Shown piece by piece: positions 13,001 through 26,221 of a DNA stretch of 64,000 nt (the first letter of the stretch is position 1; each line of letters opens with the position of its first letter). The position numbers and the translations under genes are program-made. Origin of the DNA: Octopus sinensis. Taxonomy: Eukaryota. Location of the stretch: contig NC_043020.1 in the NCBI RefSeq assembly GCF_006345805.1, forward strand, positions 18,786,001-18,850,000, in the 5' to 3' direction. A model generated the notes under the pieces. It ran no database searches. It was not told the DNA's origin and worked only from the letters and a program-made list of their open reading frames with translations.

Positions 13001-13539
13001 ACCTATCTTTCTCCCCATTTTTCTTTATTTTTCTTCTTTCTTATCCCCCCCCCCTCTCTCAATCGCTTTTCTAACTCAGAAAGGTTCTCTGTTGAGTTAA
13101 CGAGGAATTCTGAAATTTTTAATTAAAACCTCCCTGTTATGGATTAATTAAGCAAATTAACAGGGAATTAATATCAATACAGCTAACGTGAAACGAAGGG
13201 AACATAGAAAGAGAGATGATGGCGTTCACTAGAAAAAAGAAAAACAAGTTTGAGAAATAACGATAAGGAAGCCATAAACTATTCTGATTTAAATATGGCC
13301 GCTGTTTTCATTAGTTTTATTTTTTGTTTTATTTGTTATAATTTTTTTGTTCTCTACAGTTGATATTGCAGAGATTTTAGTTGTGGTTGAATTGTTTCTT
13401 GATGGGGTTTTCGATATATTTATTTATTGCATATATATATTTATTGCTTTTTATTATTTAATTTACTTTTTTTTTCTGTTTCGTGTTTCCTCTGGTTGTT
13501 GCCTACCTTAATGCAAAGCCTTTAAGTATGTAAACACTT

Positions 13540-13586
13540 CCATGAACCTGAAGGTTTCATGTTGTATCAAACAGTCATCAGCAGGG
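13540..13586 (-). ncRNA. Degenerate type I hammerhead-like motif
   Basis: RC ccctg-CTGATGA-ctgtttgatacaacat-GAAA-cc-ttca-gg-TT-catgg; helix III intact, mismatches in helix I and at the base of helix II. Confidence 0.4.
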
Positions 13587-13609
13587 TGAAAAACTGTTGA
13601 TTTATCTTT

Positions 13610-13937
13610 TACCTTTTATCTCTTGCTTGTTTCAGTGATTAGACTGCGCCCAGGCTGGGGTACCACCTTGAACAATATTTTAATCGAATGAATCTACCCC
13701 AGTACTTGTTTTTGTTTTCTTTTTAAGTCTGGTATCGATCTCTTTTGATGACGTAAACATACCAACACCGGTTGACAGACACACAGACACATATACGACG
13801 AGTTTCTTTCAGTTTCACTCACAAGTTTTTGTTCGGCCCGAAGCAATAGAAGACATTTGTCCAAAGTGTCACGCGGTGAGACTAAACTTGAAACCGTCTG
13901 GTTGGGAAGCAAGCTTCTTATCACTCAGCCACGCATG
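13610..13937 (-). mobile_element. SINE family A, diverged copy
   Basis: cttgtttcagtgattagactgc...gggaagcaagcttcttatcactcagccacgc. Confidence 0.75.
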
Positions 13938-14389
13938 AAGAAAGCTATTCAAAAATAGTTTTTTTTAAATAGTTTTAGTTATAGGACTACGGCCATGCTA
14001 GAGCATCACCTTAAATAGTTCTGCATTTTAAGGTTTTTTTTTATAAGACTCATGGGTAAAGGGTGGAAAGTGGAAGGTGGACTTAGTAATCTGTCCTGTC
14101 GAGAAGAAGAAAGATATATAGTGTGGAATACCTCTGCGTTATTGTTAAGAGTGGAGCTCGCTCCGATGAGAAGAGAACATTGGAATTACACCGGAAATGG
14201 GTGAACGGCATGTCTATCGGAGAGAAGCTGTCGAAACACTACACATCAATCTATCGGATACAGCTGACCTCTTTGGAGACACATATAGGATGTTTAGTCT
14301 GTGTGTATAAAAGAAGCGCCATGCAAAGTGTGTGTGTGTGTGGGGGGGTACTCTATTGTGGGTTACCAATGAGCTTTGTAAAGTGTGAA

Positions 14390-14930
14390 TAACTATTGGA
14401 GCAGAAGTATTCTGAAGTGAAAAACACCTGGCTTCCCTTTTCAGATTTTATTATTTTGCAGTATTTGTAAAGCAGTGAGGTGACAGAATCATGAGAGAGT
14501 CTGAGAAAATGCTTAGCGTCATCTCGTCTGTCGTTGCGTTTTGAGTTCATATTTGCCGAGGGCAACATTACCGAGTACCAGCCAAGTGGGGTTTTTTTCA
14601 TGCTGGGGAACAGATGATAGTCAAATAGGAACAAATGAGGACAAACCGGTGCGTGATCAACCAGTTGAAAGCCATAATCAAGCAAAGCAGCCATTGAACC
14701 CGAGGATTTTATGTGCTGAAGCATTGTCCTGATGAAATAAGATCCCATTCATCAGTTTTCCTGGGGATTTGATGTTGATAGCATGGTATTCTCCATTGAT
14801 GTTGTAGCTCTTTCGAAGATAATCAATAAACACAATGCTTTTCGCACCCCTCCCGCCCCACAAAAAACTGCAGATGAAACAACCTTGGCCTTTTTTGGAG
14901 CTCGTGAGGAGGGGGTGTTTCAACTGCATG
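14390..14930 (-). pseudogene. Mariner-type transposase fragment
   Basis: SIVFIDYL...INGEYH...ILFHQDNASAH, then GFQLVDHAPVCPHLFLFDYHLFPSMKK (YSPDLAPSDY-like); frameshifted. Confidence 0.85.
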
Positions 14931-15565
14931 GATTGTCTCTTTGTCTCTGGCTCAAAGTGATAAAGCCAATACTTATCCTAGCAGAACCGCCTTAGTAGCG
15001 TTGCAGGTCCTCTGCGGAAATCATTGCACTGCGACCTTTAGTATTTACTGATAGTAAATCACAACACACATAGATCAGAATTGGGTCCCTAGATCCGTGA
15101 GGCCGCAGGACAACTTCCAAGGGTACTCATGACTTAATACGGCCCACTCTATGTATGTATGTATATGTGTGAGTAAACGTACGTACGCACGTATGTGTGT
15201 ATGTATGTATGTATTATGTATGTATGTATGTATGTATACACGTATGAATGTATGTATGTATGTATGTGTATGTATACACGTATGTATGTATGTATGTATG
15301 TATGTATGTATGTATGTATGTATGTGCATGTATGTATACACGTATGTTTGTATGTATGTAAATATGCGTGTCTCTGGAGTGGTCAGTCACTTGGAAATTA
15401 ATTTCACGAGCAAGCTGCTCTTTCGTTTGGATCTACTTGAGCCCTTGTCGTCGTAACCGACGGAGTGCCATTTCATATGTGTGTGTGTGTGTGTGTGTGA
15501 CCGCGTGTGTACCGTTGGCGATTTTTTCCTCCGTCTTCCCTTCCTTGGATCTTTCCTTTTCCTAT

Positions 15566-15600
15566 ATTTCTGACGAAGAGCTCCGCTCGAAACGTTAAAT
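15566..15600 (+). ncRNA. Minimal PLE-type type I hammerhead ribozyme
   Basis: ATTT-CTGACGA-a-GAGC-tcc-GCTC-GAAA-CG-TT-AAAT: 4-bp helix I, 4-bp helix II, loopless palindromic helix III (AACGTT). Confidence 0.75.
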
Positions 15601-15691
15601 CCGCCTTCTTTCTTTCCTTTCCTGAGCGTCCAATAACTCTATATTTGTTCCACGTCCTCACGTTGTTGTGTTTTGATGTTTGGATTAACTG

Positions 15692-15751
<60 letters not shown>

Positions 15752-16780
15752 GTGTGTGCGTGTGCATGCGTACATATGTGTGTGTGTGTGTGTAACATAC
15801 AATAAAATGTAGCGATAGATCGCTGAGAGATGGTTGGAGGATAAATACGATTTCTTAATCGATATATTTATTTTCGTTACTTGTCTATTAGAATGCTGTT
15901 GAAATGATTTTGAAAAAAGTTCAGTCTGGATGACTTAAAAAAAATGAACATATTAAATATACAAGTGTTACCTTTGCTGTCTGTATTTAGAGTAAATCTA
16001 TGAGAGATATATAATAAATGTGTGTCTGCCAGTTATATATTTATTGCCGTTTCCTGTAGCAGCAGTTTGGTGTATGAGAGACAAACATAATGTGATGGTG
16101 AAAGTTTTAATATGAGAGGATGGACCGTATGTTCATGGTCTGTCCGAGAGGACAAAGACTTTGACATTGTTTGGAAGAAATCTGGTAAGGCGATTCCAAT
16201 CGAAGATTACTTTTATGGTGTTCAACTTTGGTCATGTTCTCATCGGTTTCGATGCAACAATTCTGAGGGAATCAACATTCTCTGATCAAATGATGATTAC
16301 AAGAATCTTTTACAATTAATATATTGAAAATATAGTGAATTCATGACTGCTAGTAAAGACACATGCATATACACGCGCGCGCGTATGTATATTTATATAT
16401 ACATATATATGTTTATACATACATATGAATATATACATATACATGTGTGTGTGCGTGTGTGTATGTATGTATATGTATGTATCTATATATATATGTATGC
16501 GTGTGTGTGCATATGTGTGTAGGTATGTGTGTGTAGGTGTGTATACATGTGCATAATTCAAGTAGTGGATGTGTTATTAAACAACATGCATGATGTATTA
16601 ACAATATAAAAGAATGCATCCATACATATGTAAGCATACATACGTACATGCATACAAACATTCATACGTACATACGTGGAATAAATGAAGAATGAAGAAT
16701 CGAATTTCCTCAAAGACTGCATGGACTATTAAAATTTTCAATTGCTCTTCTCATGTGTCTTCTCAATTCCATTATTTTTC

Positions 16781-16841
<61 letters not shown>

Positions 16842-16860
16842 GTTATTATTATTATTATTA

Positions 16861-16922
<62 letters not shown>

Positions 16923-16944
16923 ATTATTATTGTTTTGTTATTAA

Positions 16945-16989
<45 letters not shown>

Positions 16990-17071
16990 CTATTATTATT
17001 ATTATTATCATTGTTATTATTGTTATTATTATTATTATTATTGTTATTATTATTATTATTATTATTATATT

Positions 17072-17115
<44 letters not shown>

Positions 17116-17179
17116 TAATAATGATAATTCTTTCTTCCTCCTGATTTTGCTACCTGAACTTTGTTATTGTCAGTTGTGG

Positions 17180-17218
<39 letters not shown>

Positions 17219-17383
17219 TTGTTGTTGTCGTTTGTTGTTGTCAACAACACAAAGGAAGCATTTCTGCCGGTAACACCCACCATTAGTAATAGCTCTGTGG
17301 TAAAAATGTTCCAGCAAGAATAAACCTCCCCAAACACTCAAACACACACACACACACACACATTAACCCCCCTCTCTCTCTCT

Positions 17384-17456
<73 letters not shown>

Positions 17457-17865
17457 CTTAGGGCAACATCATCGAAAAGTAGCTTTTGTCGTCACGTCAT
17501 TACAGTGCTGAATAGCAGCAGCGTTTCAAGACGTCCATAACATCATCATGAGAAAGTCCCTTATTGTAATGTCTAAGGGGTGAGTAAAACGATTCAGTGC
17601 ATTTTTCTTTCAGTGTAAATGATGATAGAACAATTGGGAACAATGTAGAGCAATAAAAAAGAAAAACAGCAAAGAAAAATTAAGGTAGGAGAATTAGGAA
17701 GAATTGAAGGGGAAGGCGGTAGAAGGAGAGATGAGTGGGGAGGAAGGCCAATGAAGAAAGAATATGTATTTTTTAATATTATTCAAGAATATAGAACTAT
17801 GCTTTTGTTAAATCTACTTTTATCACAAAAGTATATATATATATATATATATATAGATATATATA

Positions 17866-17897
<32 letters not shown>

Positions 17898-18205
17898 ATA
17901 TATATATATACATAAATATATATATATATATATATAATGTATATATATATATATGTATATGTATATATATGTATATATATCATTCATACGTGTGCATATA
18001 TACTATGCATATAAAAACATATTATGTATATGTTAAATGTCTGCATATTAAATCTAATTCCACAGAAATATATATGTACATATATATACATTTATATATA
18101 TATATATACTATATAAATATAATATGTACATATATATATATAATATTAAATATATATATAATATATGTACATATATATATATATATGTACATCTATAATA
18201 TATAG

Positions 18206-18243
<38 letters not shown>

Positions 18244-18392
18244 CACATATATATATATATATATACATATATAAATATAATATGTATATATATATAATAT
18301 ATATATATATATAATATATAAATACACACACATACCACACACACGCATATATATATATATATAATTATATATATATATACATAAATGAATAC

Positions 18393-18445
<53 letters not shown>

Positions 18446-19031
18446 ATATAAACATGTATATAAATAGTTATGTAGTCCCACATATAATATGCATATACAT
18501 ATATGTTCATGTGAATGCATGCGTTTGCACACGTGCATGTGTGTGTATTCATCAGTCATTCTTTTCTCATAAATAAATAAATAAACAAACAAATAAATAA
18601 ATGAAAAATCTCTAATTTATTGTCCGATTAAATCTTGAAGAACCATTCTTCGAGAAGTTAAGTTATTTGAAAGAAATATGTCTGGATAAAAATGAGTTCT
18701 TAAAAGCCGTCTCACTTTTGTTCGGTTTACGCGTGGTTTTTGGTCTTTGAAAACCACCGGCACCAACACTGTTGCAATGTGTGTCTTCAGATCTATGCAC
18801 GGACGTCTGTATGGATAGATATTTAGATTACTTCGTGTGTATATTTGTGTGTGCATGTGTGTGTGTGTGTGTGCGTGTGTGTAAATTCATTTGTGTGTGT
18901 TTATAAATGTGCATGCAAGCTGATGTATAAATGTTAAAGTCTATATCTGAGTTCACAATGTATATATATAGATGTGTGTGTATATATATAATTATATATA
19001 TTATATATATATATATATATTATTATTATTA

Positions 19032-19071
<40 letters not shown>

Positions 19072-19869
19072 CTGGATTCGGTCATTTGACAGTGGCCATG
19101 CTGGAGTACCTCCTTTAGTCGAACAAATGGACCCCAGGACTTATTCTTTATCAACCTAGTACTTCTTCTATCGGTCTGTTGCTAAACCGCTAAGATACGG
19201 GGACGTAGACACACGGTTGTCAAACGATTTGGGTGGGGGTCAAACACAGACACAAATATATATACACACACTTCTATATAAATTGTGAAGTAAATGAGAG
19301 GCATCGTTGCCTCCACTGATTCAGTTGCAGACCTCCTTTCAGTCTTTTTATTATCACTGGGTCACACATCATCCCCAGATGGTAACATTGATTTCAAGGT
19401 CTTCCCAGATGAGTGACTGGTTATTCAAAGATATTTATTGATTGTAAATTTATTCTGTCAAGTTACGCATCAGCATAGTGGTCATTTGCAAATTCCAGAG
19501 TTGATACTTTCATTTCTCCTTAGCCCTCACGTCACACAGTTGTTAATGTTTATTTCAGTTGGGTCACGCCCTTCCAATTGCTTTAGATTCGTAAGGCATC
19601 TTATGGCTGTGCCTGTCACCTGGATGGTGAGGAATCCTACACTGGGAGTGGTAACGACTAGGGTAGGGTAGCTGACTGCTTATTGTGATCATTCGTCTTT
19701 TGGTTATCTGTAGCTTTGCTCTGTTCTGTAGATATAAATGAATATGTGAATATATGTTTGTGTTTGATCTTTCTGTGGATTTTGTAGTGTTCTTGTAGTT
19801 GCTGCTCGCATTGCCTCCCCTCGGATTAAAAAATGTATACATATGCATACATGCATACATATTTTTGTG

Positions 19870-19902
<33 letters not shown>

Positions 19903-20066
19903 GTAATTGCATACATATATATATATCTATAAATCTATATAAATACATGCATACATACATACATACATACAAACATACATACATACATACATACATATAC
20001 ACACACACACACAATCACCCACACACGCACATAATCACACACACACACATTATATATAATATATAT

Positions 20067-21256
20067 ACTAGCATTAAAGACCCGTCGTTGCCGGGTCATA
20101 GTGCTAGTGTATGTATATATGTGTATATATATGTGTACATATACATGTACATCTATATTATACATCTCTCATAAAATACAAATACAAAGTTATATCTTGA
20201 TATCGCTAGTGATAACAATACTCAAAATATATAACAGACTGGAATTGTTAGCCCGTCTCTTGTAATTTCGATCAATGTATCTTGTCCTCCCTCTTGTATA
20301 GAAGTGTGGCTACAATACAGCCTACCTCTACTTGGGGGGGGGCACTTTTAATTTTTTTCCGGCCGTCCTACGTCCCAGATATACAGGTAAAATAAAATAT
20401 TTCCACTTTGCAAGTTCGAGTCGAGTACTCCCTTGCAAGCAGCTCCGTTGACTCGAACCTTGCTTCTATTGTGGCGAATTTACCGCCTCTGATTAGAATC
20501 TTTCATAGTCGCACCAAGACACTTTTCGAAGGTGCTTTCTTCCATGTGTTTTCAAATCTTCTTTTTTCTCTACATTGTATACTTTATAGACAATAGTCGT
20601 TTTCTTTAATATAATTTTTTTTATGATCCATCTGCACTATTCCATTTCTGCATGCTAATTTTATTTTTAATTTATTCCCATTGATGTGAAACCACTAATT
20701 CAAGTTCAAGTCATTGATGCAATTTTATACCAATTGCTATTTTTACTTTTGTTATGTTACGATTATATTATACTTTAGTTTGATTTTAATTATTACTTAC
20801 TACATATGATTCAATTGTTATTTTTGTTGTTAAAGTGAAAGTATCTGATATAAAATAGAGAAATGTTTTTGTTTCACTTTTAACACGTAATACTGAAATA
20901 GTGGAGAAGATATGATATTGCTATGGGCTCGCTCTAGGCAAGAAGTTGAACATTTTTGTTGCCCATGAAACTACATGTACCCTAAGTAAGGCAAGTGTAA
21001 AATTTGAATGAAATTGGTTGTGTAGTTCTCAAGTTTTAGGGAATCGTAGTGGAGAAGATATGATATTGCTGAGGGCTCGCCCTAGGCAAAATGTTTAAAA
21101 ATTGTTTGCCGATGACACTCCCCGGACCCTAAGTAAGGCATGTGTAAAATTTGAATGAAATTGGTTGTATAGTTCTCAAGTTTTAGGGAAACACACAGAC
21201 AGACAGACACACACACACACACACACACACATTCTCAGTTTTATATATATAAAGAT
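20067..21256 (+). mobile_element. Helitron-like non-autonomous element; the two ends may belong to separate elements
   Basis: 5' actagca..gacccg tcgttgc cgggtc..tgctagt hairpin; 3' aaatttgaatgaaattggttg...(acag)n(ca)n attctcagttttatatatataaagat, resembling Lep1-type Helitron ends from recall; 148-bp internal tandem repeat at 20899 and 21047. Confidence 0.5.
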
Positions 21257-21779
21257 AATATATATATTAATATACATGCATTTATATACTCACACACACA
21301 AAACTTACACTCAACCAACTTATTTAGATCTGTGTTACAACAGAAAAGAATAACAAACGTACAGACATACGGACAAACAGACATACAGACAATACAAACA
21401 TGCTAACACACAGACAGACAGACCGACCGACCGACCGACCGATGCACAAGCAGATTTACGCAGAAAATGACTGAGGGCAAAGAGCGATTACTATTGGAAA
21501 TGACAGAGAAGCATAAGGAGTCATAAACAGGCAATAGAAAAGCAGAGTTTCCAAAAAAAAAAAAATAGAAGAAGAAAGATAGAAAGAAATAAAGAAAAAC
21601 TACAAAGCCCCACAAAGTGAGAGAGGATCAAACAAACACTGTATTTCCTCTCACTTTTGACAGGTTAAAATATACTTTTGATCCTATGTATCGCATTCTG
21701 AATAGAATATGTTTTTGTGTTATCTTTTTTCCCCTCTGCCCCCTTCAAGCTAATTCTTATTATATATACATACATATAC

Positions 21780-21824
<45 letters not shown>

Positions 21825-22224
21825 CGTTCGTTGTATTCTGTGTTTATCACGATGTCATCTGCTGACCATTTCCCAAGACCTCTAAATTTCTTCTCAGTAT
21901 TTCTTTCAGCATTTCTTTGTCATTGTGTCATTCTTGCTTTCTTTCTTCCCTTCCTTTTCCTTTCTTTATTTTTCTTATTTTCACTCTGCTGCAACTTCCC
22001 CGTCGACACCTTCACTCCGTTTCCTACCCCCCCCCCTCGCTTCCACACATCTTGCTCCGCACCTTTCAAGCTTTCAAGACAGTTACACGTGAAAGGATAT
22101 TGGGTGGTTATATTCTACATTTTAGGGGACGCATGTTCCCCCTCCTCACCCCCTCTCTCTCTCTCTCGTGTAATCATTTGATTATTTCGCTCTCGTGTAA
22201 TCATTTGATTATTCTTTTATGTTT

Positions 22225-22563
22225 TTATTTCTTTCAGTCATAAGACAGTGGCCATGCTGGAGCACCGCCTTAAGAGGCTTCTTTTTGCCGACGAAATCGA
22301 CCCTATGGTTTATTCTTTGTAACCCTAGTACTTATTTTATCGGTCTCTTTTGCGGGACCGTTAAGTTACGGTTGTCAAGTGATGGTGGGAGGACACACAT
22401 AGACGGGCTTCTTTCAGTTTCCGTCTACCAAATCCACTCACAAGGCTTTAATCGGCCCGAGGCTATAGTAGAAGACAGTTGCCCAAGGTGCCGCGCAGTG
22501 GGACTGAACTCGAAACCATGTAGTTGAGAAGTAAGGCTTTTGACCACAGCCACGCCTGCGCCT
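22225..22563 (-). mobile_element. SINE family A
   Basis: Reverse complement collinear with family A; central microsatellite nearly absent. Confidence 0.85.
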
Positions 22564-24147
22564 TGATGTTCAAAATTGCAGGACATAAGTCCTTATTTAG
22601 CAAGCCTATGAGTAACGATATTCCAACCGTAACCATCCCTTCTTTTTCTAGAGTGGACAAAACAGTACATTATCCAACGTGTACTTATTTTTAATCGATA
22701 TGATTTGATCTTAGGTAAGACATTCAGCTACATCAGGTGGTGTAGCTCCAGCTGAGGTATTCAGAAATTTGAAGGAATATAGAGTTACCCCTTAGTCACC
22801 CCGATTCAAATAGCAGAAGACGGTCCTGTGGCGACGGCATTGGGGACTCGGGTATGGGAGGCTCAACACAGGCCCATTTGTTTGTAAACATGTTTTGATA
22901 TCATGTAAACTAGTTCCCCCTTGCCCCGGGGTTAAGTAGGCCCTCTGCCTCAAGAGTAAGCCCAGCAGAGTAGGGGACTATAGGAGGGAACTGCCGATAA
23001 ACAGTAAATAAAAAGAGGTAGTGGGAAAATAATGCTGTATCTTTCCTAAGAAAAATCATGTATTTCCGGAATTTAGTATTGAGGTCCATGATTGCCGATA
23101 TCTGGAAACAGGAACATGAAAGGAGAGAGAGAGAGAGACAGACAGACAGATAGACAGAGACAGAGACAAATAGATAAAGACAGAGAGAGTGGGGAGAGAG
23201 CCAGAAAGACAGAGAGAAAGAGACAGACAGACAGGCAGGCAGAGATAGAGAGATAGACAGATAGAGAGAGAGAAACAGACAGACAGAGAGACAGACAGAC
23301 AGATAAAGAAAGTCAGAGACAAGCAGAGACAAACAGGCAGACGGACTGACGGACAGACGGGCCGACGGACAGCGTTGGAGTTATATCTGAAAGATCTGGT
23401 TGATGTTGTTGTAAGCGACTACATCGTGTTTCCCAAAGTCGGTTCATTTAACCATAATAAATCAGCGGTGAAGGGAGAGTGTCATAAGCTTGTGTGGACA
23501 CTCCTAGATTAGTAAGATCAAATAAATGTAATCACCATCCGAGAGTTTTGCTTTGGGCAAAGGCAAGTTATGTAAGATAATGAATTCTCTCTGGTTAGAC
23601 GGCCTTCTCAATTTTCGTAGATGCTTATACGTACATGCATACATACATACATGAACATACATGAACATACACATACTACACACGCACAAATACAGATATG
23701 TGTTCGTGTGTATGTATATATATATGTATATATATATATGTATACACACATATATGTAGGTATGTATATATGTATATGTGTGTGTATATATACTTGGAGG
23801 TATATGTATGCAAGTTTGGTAGAACTGACATAGACATCATTTGGACGTTTGAATCAACAACTGTTCATCTACAAATATACATTTACCATTTTTCCTTTAG
23901 CTTCCACACACACACACACACTCACATACCTAGAAACATAGTAACTATATAAGCATGCATACATATATGCATATCTGTGCGTGTGTGCGTGTGTGCGTGT
24001 GGTGCATTGTGTATGTTCTTTTATGTATGTATCTATGTTTATATATTTATATGTATGTATGTGTCTGTGTGTATATACATTTATATATATATATAAATGT
24101 GTGTATGTGTGTGTGTGTACATATACATATACACACACACACGCACA

Positions 24148-24189
<42 letters not shown>

Positions 24190-24191
24190 AC

Positions 24192-24239
<48 letters not shown>

Positions 24240-24519
24240 TTTTTAAATTGCCTGAAAACAGGTAAAAATTTCAAAATTCTTACAGGAAAATATCAGGAAT
24301 ATTATTGATTTTCGCACCTGGAAAAAAACTTTCAAAGTTATCTATTGAAAAAGGCGTAGAATCTCTTATGTGATCTACTTCAGCATATTTTAGTGTGTGA
24401 AAGTGAGTAATTCGGTGGAAATTTGACACTTTCAAAGTTGCTTCATAATCGGCAAACTATTTTAGATACTAACGAAGCCGCATTCATCAAAATTACTAAT
24501 TTTTGCATGTAAAATAAGT

Positions 24520-25145
24520 TCTACTAGAGGCACAAGGTCTGAAATCGTGTGTGTGTGTGGGGGGGGGGGTAGAAATGATTAATCGATTATATTGATTCCA
24601 GTGCTCAACTGATATTTATGTCAACGACCCCGAAAGAATGAAAGGCAAAGTCGACCATGGCAGAATTTGAACTCAGACCGTAATGATCGACGAAATGCCG
24701 ATACGCATTTGGTCCGGTGTGACGATGATTCTACCAATTTGCTGCCTTATGATTTCATATTTTGGCACAAGGCCAGCAATTTCAGGGGTAGGAGCTAGTC
24801 GACTACATCGACCCTAGTGTTCAACTGATACTTATTTTATCGATCACGAAAGGATGAAAAGTAAAGTTGACCTCGGCAGAATTTGAACTCAGAGCGAAAA
24901 GACAGACGAAATACTGTTAATCATTTTGCCCGGTGTGCTAACGATTCTGCCAGCTCGCCGCCTTCAAATTGAAAATAATAATGGCTTCAAATTTTACCAT
25001 AAGGCCAACAATTTTGAGCGAGAGACTAAATCGATTAAATCGACTCCAGTACTCAACTGGTACTTACTTTATTGACCTCCAAAAGGATGAACGGTAAAGT
25101 CGACCCGAATGGCATTTGAACTCAGAAAGTAAAGATAGACGAAAC
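24520..25145 (-). mobile_element. Cluster of three tandem SINE family B copies
   Basis: Three repeats of aaaag-gat/aat-gaa..g(c/t)aaagt(c/t)gac...atttgaactcaga, near 24640, 24850 and 25085. Confidence 0.8.
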
Positions 25146-25147
25146 AG

Positions 25148-26221
25148 TTATAACCTCCGCCTTAGCGAAGGCGGAAGTATTGTGTTCAGTCGTGTTTGTT
25201 TATTTGTTTGTCGTGGACCAGATATCTCAAGAACCACTGGATAGATTCGGATGAAACTTTCAAGGATGTTTGGCCTTGTGACTGACACGAACTGATTAGA
25301 TTTTGAGATCGACCCGATACCGGACAATGATTCTGGATTATTTGTTATATTTCACCTTACTTTACATAAAGTTATTACGATCTTACGTTCACTTTCAAGT
25401 CTTTCTCTGATTATCTCCCTTGAGAGTATGCTCATGGTTTCCACGTAAGTTATGACGGTGTTGCTGTTTCCAAAGTATTATTTTCTTTTCTCTATTTTTA
25501 ATTTTACTCGCGTCTCTATCTTAGTAGAAACTGATGGATACATAAATCAAATTACATAAACAAACGGCAGCAAAACCGTTCAGAAATTAAATAAGACTAA
25601 CATATTCAGCAACAAAAATATATTTAATTTATCATCGGCAATTTTTAGTTATACCAATTTTAAATATATCGCTCATGTTTAAAAGCTCTTACCTACTTGA
25701 TAATTGCATTTCTAGCTCTGCCTTGAAGGAAGCTCTACTTCTTGAACTCACGCTTTTTGTGCGCAAAGAAGTTGCTAAACCTCCGTTAACAGCACCATAT
25801 GCAGGTCCTTTCCGTTTTCTTTCACGCACGGATAAATTTTTCAAAATAGAACTTAATGGTCGTAAATACACTATGTCAGTGGATAGGCTAAAAAAAAGCC
25901 TTCCAAGAGAAAATTGTCCCTGTTCCCATTGCAAACGACACACACAGAGCATTAAAAACACGGCCCGCACACCCACCATCATATTCCATGACTACCATTG
26001 GGATCGATCCGGTACTGGACAAGGATTCTGGATTCTTTTTCCGTTTTTTTTTCTTTTGCTTAATTTTTGAGAGCGGTCGGGTTCTTTTTTACTATTCTCG
26101 TTTGTGAGAGCAGTCGAGTTTATTTCAAATATTCTCATTTTAAAAATCACCCCTGGCTAGTAGTTGAGAGGACGTTGATGTCGCCTTGGCGGAGGTTTGT
26201 GGTCTCTGAGTGCTCTCGTTA
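25148..26221 (+). mobile_element. Helentron-associated non-autonomous element (HINE/DINE-1-like)
   Basis: 5' ttataacctccgccttagcgaaggcgg hairpin followed by (gttt)n; 3' ccttggcggaggtttgtggtctctgagtgctctcgtt; subterminal inverted repeat acctccgcc/ggcggaggt. Confidence 0.7.
25752..25893 (+). pseudogene. Gypsy/Ty3 integrase C-terminal (GPY/F) fragment
   Basis: LFVRKEVAKPPLTAPYAGPFRFLSRTDKFFKIELNGRKYTMSVDRLK. Confidence 0.8.

Noticed and set aside
17462-17579. Candidate exon with polypyrimidine tract, AG and GTGAGT donor
   Set aside because: Stops in all three frames, and the pyrimidine tract is a microsatellite. A non-coding exon cannot be excluded.
22913-22992. GC-rich imperfect hairpin as a twister or HDV-like ribozyme
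   Set aside because: The required pseudoknot pairings and conserved residues could not be placed.
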